Program-made: the position numbers and the translations under genes | The notes under the pieces: generated by a model | Told to the model about the DNA's origin: nothing | Databases searched by the model: none | Seen by the model: the letters and a program-made list of their open reading frames with translations, nothing else | From: a virus | Direction: 5' to 3' (one strand) | DNA: 64,000 bases | IMG/VR virus record: IMGVR_UViG_3300046499_000502 | Location: 6,335-70,334 of that record | In this document: positions 17,042 through 26,945 of the stretch, one piece after another | Position numbering within the stretch: position 1 is the stretch's first letter | Layout of the letters: the number at the start of each line of letters is the position of its first letter

Positions 17042-17650
17042 CTAGAACGGGGGCTGGTCGCTGTAGCGGAGGGGGCTGTCGTAGCTGAAGGGCTTGCCGC
17101 CGTTGAGGTCTTCGGCGCGCTGCTCGACGCGGCCTCGGAGGTCGAGCCCGATTCGCTTCAACTCGTCGGCGACGCTGCGGGCCCACGCGCGGACCGCGTC
17201 GCTCTCGCCGTCGGTGAGGGCTTCCGCGATGTGCCCGGCGATGACGGGGATAGCCGCGTTGAGGGTGTCGCCGGGCGTGACGTGGCCTGCGAGGTTGAGA
17301 TTCCGCAGGGCCGTCTCGACGGGCGGCGAGTACGGCTGGCCCTTGATGTAGGGGCCGAACTCGGCCGCATGCCGAACCGCCCCCGGGTCGTCGGCTGGGA
17401 CTGACTTGTTGCCGGTCGCGGCGCGCCACTCGCTGATGTGGTCGCCGTCGCCGACGTACCGGTCGGCGAGCTTGTCGACATCCAGGGCGATCTTGGCTGC
17501 GTCGAAGTGGGCTTGCGCTTCGGCGAGGTAGGCGTCGGCGTGGGCGTGCGATTCGGCATCGTCCTGAAGATCGCCGTCGTGGAAGCGGCGCTTCGCTTCG
17601 GCGATCACGAGGAGCTCCATGCCTCGCTGGTAGTGCTGCGGCCCGTTCAC
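17042..17650 (-). CDS. Hypothetical protein
   Basis: Coupled to the RecT-like gene. Confidence 0.75.
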   Translation of the reverse strand: MNGPQHYQRGMELLVIAEAKRRFHDGDLQDDAESHAHADAYLAEAQAHFDAAKIALDVDKLADRYVGDGDHISEWRAATGNKSVPADDPGAVRHAAEFGPYIKGQPYSPPVETALRNLNLAGHVTPGDTLNAAIPVIAGHIAEALTDGESDAVRAWARSVADELKRIGLDLRGRVEQRAEDLNGGKPFSYDSPLRYSDQPPF

Positions 17651-18414
17651 GCGGCACCGCCGGTGGTGGCCGCCTCGGGCCAGTCGGTGGAGCCTTCGGC
17701 CGCTTCGGCGTCCCAGACCCCGTCGCTGGACTCGTCGTCGCGGGCGACGGTGTACGCGGGCTCGGCGGCGGGCTGCTCGGGCGCCGCGGCGGGGGCCGGG
17801 GCCGTCAGGGCGGCAACGCTCAGCGGCGCCTTGGCGGGTGCGATCTCGCCGTGGACGTAGCCGTCGACTTCTTCAGCCGCATACGGCAGGCCGTGCAGGG
17901 CGTCGGAGGCGATGAGCCTGCAAAGTTCGCCGGTTGCGCGGGCGACGAGCATCGTCTTGGGCTGCTTCTTCCACTGGTCCTTGCCGAGGAGGCCCATTCG
18001 CTGGGCTCGCGGGATGTCCCAGACGACCTGCTGCCAGGTCTCGGCGCCCTTGCGGCGGCCTCGCATGATGCAGTGGACGTCGTCGGACTCGACGAGTTCG
18101 ATCTCGTGGCCCTGGTGCTGGACGATGGCCCGCATGGCGTGCGCGCGGAGGGCGGGCTGTCCCTGGATGACGTCGATCGACTTGAGGGCCGTCATCGGCT
18201 GGAGGCCGAGTTCCTGGCCGGTGAGGATCGCGGCGGTGATCTCGTCGGGCTTGCCGCGGTAGGCGCCGGCGAAGCTGGTGTTGGCGAGGGACTGGGCGAC
18301 GAGGTTGGCCTGCCTCGCGGATTCGACCCACTGCATGAGCTCGTTGGTCGGCTGCTGCGGCGCTGCGGTGGCGACGGTCTTCTCGTCGCGCTGGGCGATG
18401 TCTGTGCTGGTCAC
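17647..18414 (-). CDS. Single-strand annealing protein (RecT-like)
   Basis: AAILTGQELGLQPM.AL.SI.VIQG.P...W.K.P.TML.ARA; downstream of RecE-like gene; acidic tail. Confidence 0.75.
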   Translation of the reverse strand: MTSTDIAQRDEKTVATAAPQQPTNELMQWVESARQANLVAQSLANTSFAGAYRGKPDEITAAILTGQELGLQPMTALKSIDVIQGQPALRAHAMRAIVQHQGHEIELVESDDVHCIMRGRRKGAETWQQVVWDIPRAQRMGLLGKDQWKKQPKTMLVARATGELCRLIASDALHGLPYAAEEVDGYVHGEIAPAKAPLSVAALTAPAPAAAPEQPAAEPAYTVARDDESSDGVWDAEAAEGSTDWPEAATTGGAA

Positions 18415-19265
18415 TTCAGGTATTCCTCTGCCTGTCGGATGGTGTCCCAGGTCGGCATTCCGATCTGGGGGATTTCGGTGACGGCGCCGGTCCAGTCGGG
18501 CCAGCTGCCGGTGGCTTCGCATTCGGCGTAGATGCGCAGGGCGCGTTCGTTGCGGGCGCGGCCGATGTCCCGGTCCTGGTCGGTGAGTTCGCGGACCGTG
18601 ATCAGGTAGGGCGCGATCTTCGACTGAAAGACGAAGACGAAGCGGGCGCCTTCGGGGGCGAGCCCTGCGGCCTCGATGCCGTCGATGTAGAAGGCGTCCT
18701 GCTGGTGGTAGCTGCGGTCCTTGATGGCGCGGGAGATGGTGTCCGGCGCCGCGTCCTTGATCGTCTTGTAGTCGACGGCGATCGACCCGCGCCGCCAGTC
18801 CGGCCGGACCCGGCAGCGGACCCCGGTTGCCGGATCCGTCCAGAAGATCGACTGCTCGGCGACACCCGCACCAGGGGCGAACAGCGGGCTGGCGATCGGG
18901 TGCTGGCGGATCGCCTCCGCCATCGCCTGGACCATGTCGTGGTCCTTGGTGAGCAGCGGCACCTTGCCCGCCAGGTAGGCCTCGTCCCGCTGGATCTGCG
19001 CGTCCTTCTTGCGCCAGTCCGGGAAGTCGATGACCTCCAGCTCCGGGCCCTCCCCCAGCACCAGCAGGTGCGCGGCGTGCCCGAGGTCGAACTCCTTCTT
19101 GTGCGGCTGCGGGTGCTCCCGGTCGTACTTGAACTGGGCGGGGCAACCCGGGTTGAGCAGGGCGCGCAGGCCGGACGAGGAGATCGACGTCGTGTCCGCG
19201 TGGTAGGCCTCGGCGGACAGGCCGTCGACGATCTGCGGGGCCTCGACCTCCACCGCGGCGGTCAC
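18411..19265 (-). CDS. RecE/exonuclease VIII-like PD-(D/E)XK exonuclease
   Basis: YHAD...SSSG; G.A.H; RCRVRPDW; VDYKT; YHQQ.AFY. Confidence 0.85.
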   Translation of the reverse strand: MTAAVEVEAPQIVDGLSAEAYHADTTSISSSGLRALLNPGCPAQFKYDREHPQPHKKEFDLGHAAHLLVLGEGPELEVIDFPDWRKKDAQIQRDEAYLAGKVPLLTKDHDMVQAMAEAIRQHPIASPLFAPGAGVAEQSIFWTDPATGVRCRVRPDWRRGSIAVDYKTIKDAAPDTISRAIKDRSYHQQDAFYIDGIEAAGLAPEGARFVFVFQSKIAPYLITVRELTDQDRDIGRARNERALRIYAECEATGSWPDWTGAVTEIPQIGMPTWDTIRQAEEYLK

Positions 19266-19849
19266 TTCGCACCGCCGGTGACCGCGTCGTAGACGTCGCG
19301 GGCCCACCTGGCGTCGCCGAGCGCGGTGTGGGCGACGTCCTTGGTGGGCGGCTCGACGCCGACCTCGCGCGACACCCAATAGGAAGAGAACGGGCGGTCG
19401 TTCCGCAGCATGAAGTCGCGGTCGTTGCCGTAGATGTAGCCGGCCGCGAGGGTGGCGACGTCGACGGCGCGGTAGTGCCAAGGCCTCGGCTGCCAGTAGT
19501 AGCGGCCGAAGACGACGGCGATCATCTCGGCGTCGAATGCCGGGTTGGAGCCGATCACGATGGCGCTGTCGAGGAGCCGGTACAGGGAGCGTGCGACGTC
19601 CTGCGGTTCGTTCCAGGTCCAGTCGGTGGCGCTGGTCCGCTCGTGGAAGCGGTTGATCTCCAGCGCCTTCGGGTCCGCGCTGGCGAGGTCGGGGGCGATG
19701 CGGAAGACGTGCTCCTGGTCGTCCTCTTTCGGCTTGCGAAGGATGACCGCGATCTCCCACGGGTCGTGCTGGAACGGGTCGAGGCCTGTCGTCTCGCAGT
19801 CCACGAATGCCAGTGGCGGCGGTTGCTTTGTGGTGCTTTCGGTGCTCAT
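19262..19849 (-). CDS. DEDDh 3'-5' exonuclease (DnaQ-like)
   Basis: FVDCETTGL, GSNPAFD, HTALGDA. Confidence 0.9.
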   Translation of the reverse strand: MSTESTTKQPPPLAFVDCETTGLDPFQHDPWEIAVILRKPKEDDQEHVFRIAPDLASADPKALEINRFHERTSATDWTWNEPQDVARSLYRLLDSAIVIGSNPAFDAEMIAVVFGRYYWQPRPWHYRAVDVATLAAGYIYGNDRDFMLRNDRPFSSYWVSREVGVEPPTKDVAHTALGDARWARDVYDAVTGGAK

Positions 19850-19976
19850 GGGACTCGCTTTCAGGTGTCGTGAAGGGCGGGAGGCTCGCCCCGACCGGGG
19901 GGTGGGTGCGGGGCGAGCCGCCCTGGGTGCCGCGGGAGCGAGGGGGCGCCCGCCGCGGCGGTATGGGGAGTTGTGG

Positions 19977-20519
19977 CTACTCGGCGCCAGCAGCGCGGGC
20001 GATGCGGTCGTGGGCCTCGTTGAAGTCGCCGGTGTCGAGGCCCATCCACGGGACCGTGGCGCTCATCGCGACGAGGATGTCCGCGGCATTGAAGCCGTCC
20101 GCCTTTGCTGCGGCTGCCGCTTCCTCGATGTCCGCGTCGGTGTAGGTGCCGTTGCTGCTGACGTCGCCGGGCATGTAGTTGCTGCCGGGCTCGTCGCACC
20201 ACGCGTAGCTGAGCTTCGCGTACAGGCTGCGGGCCACCTTGTCGGTGATCGCTTCCTTGAGGTCCTCGGCGTCCTGCGTCCAGTCGACGCCGGACTCGGC
20301 GAGGATTTCGACGCCCTTGAAGGCGTTCTCGCGGGTCATCGACTCAGCGACGGCGAGGCCCTCGTGGTGGCCGATCCGCCAGCGGGCCGGGTTGTTCAGC
20401 GACTGGCTGGCGGGCATCCGGAAGACGACCAGTCCGGGCGCTGCTTGTACGGCGCCGGAGAAGGTGTGCTTCTGCTGGCCGTGGACGATCATCGTGTAGT
20501 CGGTGGTCTCACCGATCAT
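19977..20519 (-). CDS. Hypothetical protein
   Basis: GGAGG RBS; clean ORF. Confidence 0.75.
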   Translation of the reverse strand: MIGETTDYTMIVHGQQKHTFSGAVQAAPGLVVFRMPASQSLNNPARWRIGHHEGLAVAESMTRENAFKGVEILAESGVDWTQDAEDLKEAITDKVARSLYAKLSYAWCDEPGSNYMPGDVSSNGTYTDADIEEAAAAAKADGFNAADILVAMSATVPWMGLDTGDFNEAHDRIARAAGAE

Positions 20520-20633
20520 GGCGTTCCCCTCCATGGGAAGCTGGTGGTGGACTCCCGCCCGTTAGCCCCGGGCGGGGGTTCTTGCGTTGGGCGCCGGGCC
20601 TGCCAGCCGTTGGCCATCTGGCGGCCCGGCGAG

Positions 20634-21143
20634 TCAGGTGTGCAGTGCCGACGCGGGCACGTGCGTGGGGTCGACGGACGCCATCGGCGACAGGTGCAGC
20701 GGCAGCACCGGCGTGATGACGGGGATCGGCTGCGTGATGGTGACGGCGGTCTCCGCGAGCTTCCGCACGTCTAGGCGCCGTTCGAGATCGGCGACCTTGC
20801 CTTCCAGGTCGGCCACCCATCGGCCGCGGGTCTCAGCGTCCTTGTCGGCGACGGCGCGGGCGCCCTGCTCTTCGGCGAGTTCAGCGCGCAGGCGGCGGAC
20901 GTCGTCTTCGAGGTCGTCGATGAGCTGGACCTGAATGACGAACGTGTCGTCGGCGGCGGCCTTCAGGTTGCGCAGGGCCCCGTTTTCCTCACGCAGGTCC
21001 GCGAGCTCGGCCAACGCCTGGTCCAGGGCCGCGGTCAGCGACGTCGCCTTGTCCTCGGCCTGCGTCAACTCGCGCTGCAGCTGCAGTCCGGTCTTGCCGC
21101 GATGGCGGTTCCGGTAGCGGGCGGGGATCAGGTTCAAGCTCAC
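20634..21143 (-). CDS. Coiled-coil hypothetical protein
   Basis: Heptad-rich sequence; coupled GTG. Confidence 0.7.
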   Translation of the reverse strand: MSLNLIPARYRNRHRGKTGLQLQRELTQAEDKATSLTAALDQALAELADLREENGALRNLKAAADDTFVIQVQLIDDLEDDVRRLRAELAEEQGARAVADKDAETRGRWVADLEGKVADLERRLDVRKLAETAVTITQPIPVITPVLPLHLSPMASVDPTHVPASALHT

Positions 21144-21604
21144 GACGTCTCCTCGGCGGCCCACGCCTCGATGGCGGTCTCGACGGGCGCGATGAGGTGG
21201 GGGTGCCACAGGCTTCCCATCGGGGTGGGCTTGCCGGTGTGGGCGAGGGTGGCGACGGTCGCGGCGAGCATCGCGGGAGCCACCCAGCCCGGGACGGGGA
21301 GGGGCTCGGGGAGGACGCTCTGCCCGTGGGAGTCGACCAGCTTCGCCCACTGCCAGGACGGGCCGCGGTCGTAGTCCTCGTCACGGCCGGTGTGCCAGTC
21401 CCAGATGAGGATGAGGCCGTACCTGAAGCGGGTGTCGGGAATGCCGGACGTTTCGGTGGTCAGGGTGATGGCGCCACGCAGGTAGGGCACGTCGTAGGAG
21501 TCCTCGACGAACGCGTCGGGTTGCTCGGGCTCCAGGCCGGCTTCGGTGAGCGCGTCGACGACGGCGGTGATGTACGGGTCGTGCGGCAGGATGCGGTCGG
21601 TCAC
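21140..21604 (-). CDS. Hypothetical protein (DUF6292-like)
   Basis: PYITAVVDAL...LIWDW...WQW pattern. Confidence 0.65.
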   Translation of the reverse strand: MTDRILPHDPYITAVVDALTEAGLEPEQPDAFVEDSYDVPYLRGAITLTTETSGIPDTRFRYGLILIWDWHTGRDEDYDRGPSWQWAKLVDSHGQSVLPEPLPVPGWVAPAMLAATVATLAHTGKPTPMGSLWHPHLIAPVETAIEAWAAEETS

Positions 21605-21780
21605 TGGGATTCCCCCTGGGTGCGGTTGGCGGTCAGCTGCTGGTTTTCGGCGATAGCCACGGCGACTTCGGCTTCGAGCAGGAGCGCGTGCGCGGCCAGC
21701 CGGTCGTTGAGCCAGGCCACGAAGGCGTTGAACGCGCCCGCGATCGGCGACAGGCGCGGGACGGGGACGGGAGCGGTCAC
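21601..21780 (-). CDS. Hypothetical protein
   Basis: Coupled on both sides. Confidence 0.5.
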   Translation of the reverse strand: MTAPVPVPRLSPIAGAFNAFVAWLNDRLAAHALLLEAEVAVAIAENQQLTANRTQGESQ

Positions 21781-22148
21781 GAGGCCACCGCCGCGTCCAG
21801 CGCGACCGGCTCCCAGATGGCGCGCATGGTCTGCGCGCACTCCTCCAGGAACCAGCGGACGCGCGGCTCGTCAGCCTCAGTGATCGGCATCTCGACGGAG
21901 CAGCAGATGGCCTTGCGCTGGAGGATGAAGAACAGCTTCAGCTGCTCGTCGCCCTCCCAGTCGTTGAAGCCGGGCTTCTCCCAGTCCCACCGGTAGAGCA
22001 GGTTGAGGTCCCGGTCGCCGTCGTAGAAGGTCGTCTCGACGAACTCGTCCCAGGAGCTGAAGAGGTTGTGCAGCCCGACCTTGTAGAAGTTGCCTTCGCT
22101 GGCGTAGTACGGGTGGTCGATCTCCCAGAGGTGCTGCTCGGTGCTCAC
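21777..22148 (-). CDS. Hypothetical phage protein (HPYY...DLNLLYRWDW)
   Basis: Aromatic-rich ORF, coupled GTG. Confidence 0.75.
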   Translation of the reverse strand: MSTEQHLWEIDHPYYASEGNFYKVGLHNLFSSWDEFVETTFYDGDRDLNLLYRWDWEKPGFNDWEGDEQLKLFFILQRKAICCSVEMPITEADEPRVRWFLEECAQTMRAIWEPVALDAAVAS

Positions 22149-22387
22149 GCCGCCTCCAGGACTTGCCGGTACATGGCGGCGGTGGTCGGCTGGGTTTCGG
22201 CCAGGAGCGGCCCGTGGCCCGCGTACACGACCGGCAGGGGCAGGGCTCCGGCGCCGGTCTGGTCGAGGCGCAGCATCAGCGGCTCGCCGGACTCGGTGTG
22301 GTCGCAGGTCCACAGCCAGCGGCTGCCGTCGAGGGCGACCTGCACCCGGTCGAGGTCGATCTCGGTGCCGTCGAGGAAGCCAGTCAT
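22145..22387 (-). CDS. Small Streptomyces phage protein (phiSA1p31-like)
   Basis: IDLDR...DGSRW.W...GEPLM...L..VY..HGPL. Confidence 0.6.
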   Translation of the reverse strand: MTGFLDGTEIDLDRVQVALDGSRWLWTCDHTESGEPLMLRLDQTGAGALPLPVVYAGHGPLLAETQPTTAAMYRQVLEAA

Positions 22388-22635
22388 CAGGCCACCTCCG
22401 GGAGGGCTTTGAGGCTCTCCATGCGGACGGCCCAGGCGGCGAGTTCGGCCACGGCCTCTTGCAGCTGGGCGAGCGTCTCGGCCGGCGAGCTGGTGACGGC
22501 GATCCCGATGCTGTCGCTGCCGTCGCCGATGACGAGGCGTGCGGTCGGCTTGCCGTCGAAGCCGCGGGAGTACTCGGTGCGGATCGGGCCGTCGGACAAG
22601 TCGACGGTGATACCGCCGATGATGCGCGTGGTCAC
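22387..22635 (-). CDS. Hypothetical protein
   Basis: Coupled. Confidence 0.65.
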   Translation of the reverse strand: MTTRIIGGITVDLSDGPIRTEYSRGFDGKPTARLVIGDGSDSIGIAVTSSPAETLAQLQEAVAELAAWAVRMESLKALPEVA

Positions 22636-22886
22636 GGCTTCTCCTGGGGGCGCTTGATGAGGTTCACGCGGAAAGCGGGGCTGGTGGAGTCGGGGTCGGC
22701 GTCGTGCAGCCAGTGCCGCTGTTCCTTGAGCTCGCCGCGGGTGGCGGGACGGCTGGGTGCCGGGTGGGCGAGGAGCCAGCGGAGTTTTGCCGCCGACTCC
22801 TCGGCGCGGGCCGCAGCCCGCTGCCGGGCGACGAGGGCCTGCACGGTGGCCAGCGGCACGTCCAGGTCGCGGATCGGGCGGGTCAC
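22632..22886 (-). CDS. Hypothetical protein
   Basis: Coupled. Confidence 0.6.
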   Translation of the reverse strand: MTRPIRDLDVPLATVQALVARQRAAARAEESAAKLRWLLAHPAPSRPATRGELKEQRHWLHDADPDSTSPAFRVNLIKRPQEKP

Positions 22887-23254
22887 CGGGGCTCACCGCC
22901 GCCCACTGCCTTACGAACGGCGTCGACCGTGAACCAGCCGCCGGACGTGACGCCCGCGTGGTCCGCTGCGTCGCACACGGCGCGCACGGTCTCCAGGCGT
23001 TCCTGGAGGGCGTCGCGCTCCGCCTTCAGGCGCCGGATCTCGGCGGTGCCTTTCAGCAGCGCCTCGGCGATCACCTCGTCGAGCTTGTCGACTGCCTTGG
23101 TCGCGGCCGTCTCCGGCATGTAGTCGCGGAACGTGCGGATCAGGTCCGTGCGGAGCTGCTGCCAGCGGGGGGTGGGCTGCGGCGCGTAGTCCGCCGACAG
23201 CGGGACACCCAGCTCGGCGATCCGGGCGGCCAGGGTAGGGTCGGTGGCGGTCAT
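22883..23254 (-). CDS. Hypothetical protein
   Basis: Coupled ATG at 23254. Confidence 0.7.
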   Translation of the reverse strand: MTATDPTLAARIAELGVPLSADYAPQPTPRWQQLRTDLIRTFRDYMPETAATKAVDKLDEVIAEALLKGTAEIRRLKAERDALQERLETVRAVCDAADHAGVTSGGWFTVDAVRKAVGGGEPR

Positions 23255-23664
23255 GACGCTGCCTCCCGCTGTTCGCCGGGGTGGGTCTGGTTGCGGACGG
23301 GCTTCCACGGGGGCTTGCCGGTGCCGGGGCACGGCTTGGACCAGCGCTGGCTCTTGCTGCTGTACGCCGAGTAGCTGCGGCCGCTCCAGTGGTGGCGGCC
23401 CATCACTCCATCTGCGGTCATGGCCCGGTCCTTCATGCAGTGCTTGCACCAGCCGCGCGGCCGGGCAGGTTCGGGGATGGCCGGGTAGACGATGCGGTAG
23501 GTCGGGTGGTCGGCCGCGATTCGCTTCTCGCCGTCGACCCGAAAGGCGAGGTACGGGCCGCGAGTCCCGACGATCGTGGCGGGCTTGCCGTCGTACTCGA
23601 TACGCATGCCGTGCCGGGCGGGCACGTCGTAGGTGCGGCGAATCCACTCCATTGAGCTGGTCAT
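23251..23664 (-). CDS. Hypothetical protein (YDVPA..G.RI..HPT domain + Cys module)
   Basis: Coupled ATG at 23664. Confidence 0.7.
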   Translation of the reverse strand: MTSSMEWIRRTYDVPARHGMRIEYDGKPATIVGTRGPYLAFRVDGEKRIAADHPTYRIVYPAIPEPARPRGWCKHCMKDRAMTADGVMGRHHWSGRSYSAYSSKSQRWSKPCPGTGKPPWKPVRNQTHPGEQREAAS

Positions 23665-24158
23665 GCCGTCACCGCCTGGGCGTGCTTGCAGGGCCAGCGG
23701 TTGCCGCACGCGCACCAGTGGCATCCGTCCGCCGGGTCCGGCACCTTGTCGAAGTGCTGCGACTCGGGGGCCTCTGCCGTTTCGGTGACGTCGGTCCAGT
23801 CGCAGCAGGACCAATCGCTGGCGCCCAGCGCGGCGAGCCGGTGCTTCCGGACGCCTTCGTCGGGCGGACCGAACCGCCAACCGATGGCCTGCGTTTCACG
23901 GGTGGCCGGGTCGGTGCTGATCGCGAGGCACTCGAACCGGAGGTCGGCGTGCAGGCTGCTCTGGTACGTGCGCCCGGACTCGAAGAAGCCGGGGTCGGGC
24001 AGCATCAGCAGGTTGTTCGGACGGACAGCGCCACGGCTGATCTTCGAGGCGATCACCGCCACCGTGTCGGCCTGCGCTCGGCCCTCGCGCGTACCGTCGG
24101 CACGGAACTCGCGGGCCTTCTTCACCAGCCAAGCGGTGACCTCGGGGTAGTCGGTCAT
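23661..24158 (-). CDS. Hypothetical protein with C-terminal CHWCACG..WPC
   Basis: Coupled. Confidence 0.7.
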   Translation of the reverse strand: MTDYPEVTAWLVKKAREFRADGTREGRAQADTVAVIASKISRGAVRPNNLLMLPDPGFFESGRTYQSSLHADLRFECLAISTDPATRETQAIGWRFGPPDEGVRKHRLAALGASDWSCCDWTDVTETAEAPESQHFDKVPDPADGCHWCACGNRWPCKHAQAVTA

Positions 24159-24757
24159 GCCGCCACCGCCTTCGAGAGCGCGTCATACTTGGCGATGCCG
24201 AACAGGACGGCGTGGCAGGCGAAGAGGAACTCCCACGAGAAGTCCTCGAAGTCCTTCTCCCAGTCGTTCGGGATGCGGAGCCGGAAGTCGCCGTGGCTGA
24301 ACGCCGCAACCGCGTACTCAGCAGTGCCCTGGTACTCGGTGCTGTGCTCGTCCGAGTTGAGGATCTGCCTGCCGACGGCCTCGACGGCGCCCGGATGCTG
24401 GGCCTCCGCCTTCGTGGCCTCGTCGAGCACCCAGGCGCGGAACAGATCCTCCGACCAGTCCCGAACCTTCCCGGCGGTGACCTTCTCCTGCCAGTAGCCC
24501 GGATTGATGCCACCGCTGCTCGACCCGCGGAACACGTCGAACATGTCCTCGGTCGGCCACACGGAGAAGCCGAAGGAGAAACCGTCACCGCGCAGGAACA
24601 CGTTGTGCGGCCAGGTGATCAGGTCGAAGCGGTAGAAGCCGCCGTTCGGGTTCGCGCACTTCAGATGCCGGTACAGGCCGTCCTCGTGCAGGACCGTCAT
24701 TTCGTGGCCGCGCGTCTCCCGGGCGAACCGGGCAGCGGAAGCGGAGTAGTCGGTCAT
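24155..24757 (-). CDS. Conserved phage protein (H.MTVLHEDGLYRHL...INPGYW.EK)
   Basis: Recognisable phage family motif; coupled. Confidence 0.75.
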   Translation of the reverse strand: MTDYSASAARFARETRGHEMTVLHEDGLYRHLKCANPNGGFYRFDLITWPHNVFLRGDGFSFGFSVWPTEDMFDVFRGSSSGGINPGYWQEKVTAGKVRDWSEDLFRAWVLDEATKAEAQHPGAVEAVGRQILNSDEHSTEYQGTAEYAVAAFSHGDFRLRIPNDWEKDFEDFSWEFLFACHAVLFGIAKYDALSKAVAA

Positions 24758-25257
24758 CGCTGGCTGCCTGTCTCGCCGAAGCGGATCAGCTCGGACGGGA
24801 ACGGGCCGCCGCCCTTCAGCGGGTCGATCCCGTCAGCCGCGTTCCGCATGGTCGAAGCGGTCTCGGTCTGGGTCCCGAGCGTGGCGTCCAACTTGGCGGC
24901 CGTCATGCGGATGTCCTTCGCGGCCTCCGTGGCAGCCCGGCCGCCGACGGCCTGCTGGTAGCGCAAGTGCACGTCCTCGGCGAGGCGGGTGGACAGGAAG
25001 CGGTGGACCTCGGCCGGGGTGACGGAGAAGCGCGACAGGTACTCGGAGTCGCCGATCACCTGCCCGTCGATCTCCAGCTTCGCGAGGAGCCGGGACACCT
25101 CGTAGTGGGCGCCCAGCGCCTCGGTGCCCGGGTCTGTGGAGTCGTTGATGAACGACTGGAGGGACTCGGCCACGCGCTTTGCGGCGGCGGCGAGTTCGTC
25201 CCGCTCGATGCGGAGGCGTTCGATCTCGCGCTCCGGCGTAGTGGATGATGTAGGCAC
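24754..25257 (-). CDS. Hypothetical protein
   Basis: GTG at 25257 with AGAGG RBS. Confidence 0.65.
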   Translation of the reverse strand: MPTSSTTPEREIERLRIERDELAAAAKRVAESLQSFINDSTDPGTEALGAHYEVSRLLAKLEIDGQVIGDSEYLSRFSVTPAEVHRFLSTRLAEDVHLRYQQAVGGRAATEAAKDIRMTAAKLDATLGTQTETASTMRNAADGIDPLKGGGPFPSELIRFGETGSQR

Positions 25258-25364
25258 CGATCTGCCTCTTCTCTTCGGAGTGGTGAGTGGTGGATCGCGC
25301 GGCTCTCGGGCCGCGAGGCCCCTGCTGCCGGTGTGTGGAAGCCCGGTAGTGGGGGCTTGCCGCG

Positions 25365-25646
25365 TTAAGCGGCGGAGTGGGCCGGCTTGCGGCGAGGGCG
25401 GCCGTGGGCGCGGGTGACGCGCGTGGGCCCGATCCGGCTGGCCTGGTAGTAGTCGGCGATGTCCTGGGCGCTGACGCGGATGACCGCGTATGGCTTCTCC
25501 TGGCTGTAGCCGAGCCGGCCGTCGGCGAGGTATCGCCGGACGGTGCGGACGCTGCACTTGAGGATGCTGGCGACCTCGGGCAGGTCGTAGAACTGCGGGG
25601 CGCCGGTGTCCGCCGTGAGGGGGGTCGGGGACTGGATGCTGTTCAC
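25365..25646 (-). CDS. Excisionase-like HTH protein
   Basis: YDLPEVASILKCSVRTVRRYLADGRL; second gene of the early operon. Confidence 0.8.
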   Translation of the reverse strand: MNSIQSPTPLTADTGAPQFYDLPEVASILKCSVRTVRRYLADGRLGYSQEKPYAVIRVSAQDIADYYQASRIGPTRVTRAHGRPRRKPAHSAA

Positions 25647-25647
25647 T

Positions 25648-25893
25648 TCACTTCCTTTCTGGGGGGTCCGGGTGGGGGGCGAGGAGTTCGGTCTGGTGTG
25701 CGTCCAGGGCGGCTCTGAGGGCCTGGTAGTGGCCAGGTCTCATGCGGGTGCGGGCTCCGCGCTCCAGCTTTCGGAGGTAGTTCGCGGTGATGCCGACGAG
25801 GTCGGCGAGCTGCTGGACTTCCATCCCCGCTTGCATGCGCTTGGTGCAGATAGCCGTCCCGTCCACTGAGTAAGTGGTTGGGGTTTGTGCCAT
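25648..25893 (-). CDS. Cro-like XRE HTH protein
   Basis: RMQAGMEVQQLADLVGITANYLRKLERG; divergent from the repressor. Confidence 0.85.
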   Translation of the reverse strand: MAQTPTTYSVDGTAICTKRMQAGMEVQQLADLVGITANYLRKLERGARTRMRPGHYQALRAALDAHQTELLAPHPDPPERK

Positions 25894-26069
25894 GCGTAGA
25901 AGTTACCCCTAGATGACCCCAACGTCTAGCCATAGATGGCCTTGGGTTGCCACTAGTTGTCACCTGTAGGCCTCAGATAGCCTGTGAGCTGGGCAAACGT
26001 AGGGTCTCTTTTGGGCCTAAGTAGCCCCTGGTCCTGGCTGGTCCCCGCTAGTCCTGCCAAGATGACCCC
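25894..26069. promoter_or_regulatory. Divergent immunity (lysis/lysogeny) control region
   Basis: Lower-GC intergenic stretch between divergent HTH genes with several CTAG-centred motifs. Confidence 0.6.
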
Positions 26070-26504
26070 ATGCCATCCCCTACCGAGCACGACCTTGAGA
26101 GGCTGGCGCGGGCAGTCCGACGTCGCCGCGCCGACCTCGGCATCGCCATGAACGACGCCAACGCCAAGAAGGCCGGCGTCTCCAAAGGCACGTGGCAGCG
26201 AGTCGAGAAGGGCCTCCCGATCCGGGAGACGAACTACGTCAAGATCGACGGTCTGCTGCGGTGGGCCCCTGGCAGCTGCCTCAAGGTGGCCGAGGGCGGT
26301 GAGCCCATCCCCGTGAGCGACATGAAGGAAGATGGCGCTCCGGATGTCCAGAAGTCGCCGCTTCCTCGCGAGGTGCTGGACAGGGAGGCTCTGAAAACGG
26401 TGCAACTGGCGCTGATCGCCACAGCGAAGGGGACTTCGGCGGAGGAGATCCGGGAGATGAGCGAGCAGGTAGTACGCGACCTGCGCGAACAGGGCCTGAT
26501 CTAG
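26070..26504 (+). CDS. Immunity repressor (XRE HTH)
   Basis: VRRRRADLG...AKKAGVSKGTWQRVEKG...KIDGLL.W.PGS; co-oriented with integrase. Confidence 0.85.
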   Translation: MPSPTEHDLERLARAVRRRRADLGIAMNDANAKKAGVSKGTWQRVEKGLPIRETNYVKIDGLLRWAPGSCLKVAEGGEPIPVSDMKEDGAPDVQKSPLPREVLDREALKTVQLALIATAKGTSAEEIREMSEQVVRDLREQGLI

Positions 26505-26664
26505 TCGAAGTTCACCCGTTTGACGTACAACCTTTTTGCTTCTACTTAGCTGTTACGTCACTCCTCGTATCACTTCAGTCCCAGCCAGTCCCAACAGGGC
26601 TCGAATGTGGCAGAGTCGTTTCACGTCCTTCGGGGCTTCCCTACAGGCGACGTAAGGGGGAGCC

Positions 26665-26868
26665 ATGCAGCAAAGCGACGCGCTCATAGTCGACTACGGG
26701 CCAAGGTTCGATGGAACGGCGGTCCGCACCGATGACGGGATCGTTTGTGTCGTGCCGGTCCAGATCCAGGAGAGGCCGCAAGCCCGGGCCTCGATGCGGG
26801 AGTTGGTGAGGGACCTCGGTGGCGAATGTGGTCACTGCCCGCGCTGTCCTTTGGGGCAGGCGGGCTGA
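26665..26868 (+). CDS. Small Cys-motif protein (CGHCPRCP)
   Basis: AAGGGGGAG RBS; between repressor and integrase. Confidence 0.65.
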   Translation: MQQSDALIVDYGPRFDGTAVRTDDGIVCVVPVQIQERPQARASMRELVRDLGGECGHCPRCPLGQAG

Positions 26869-26945
26869 GATCATGGCGACGCGGAGGCGAGGCGGTAGTA
26901 GGGGTACACGCCGAGCCTCCGCGCCACCGGCAGCGAAGGGGCGAC

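Noticed and set aside
611-25257. Many early genes ending in EAA/EVAA/GGAA
   Set aside because: By-product of GGAGG RBS plus (A/G)TGA translational coupling, not a separate motif; a degron role cannot be supported from sequence alone
26745-26945. N-terminal extension of the integrase ORF
   Set aside because: Overlaps the 26665-26868 gene; RBS and domain start favour ATG 26946
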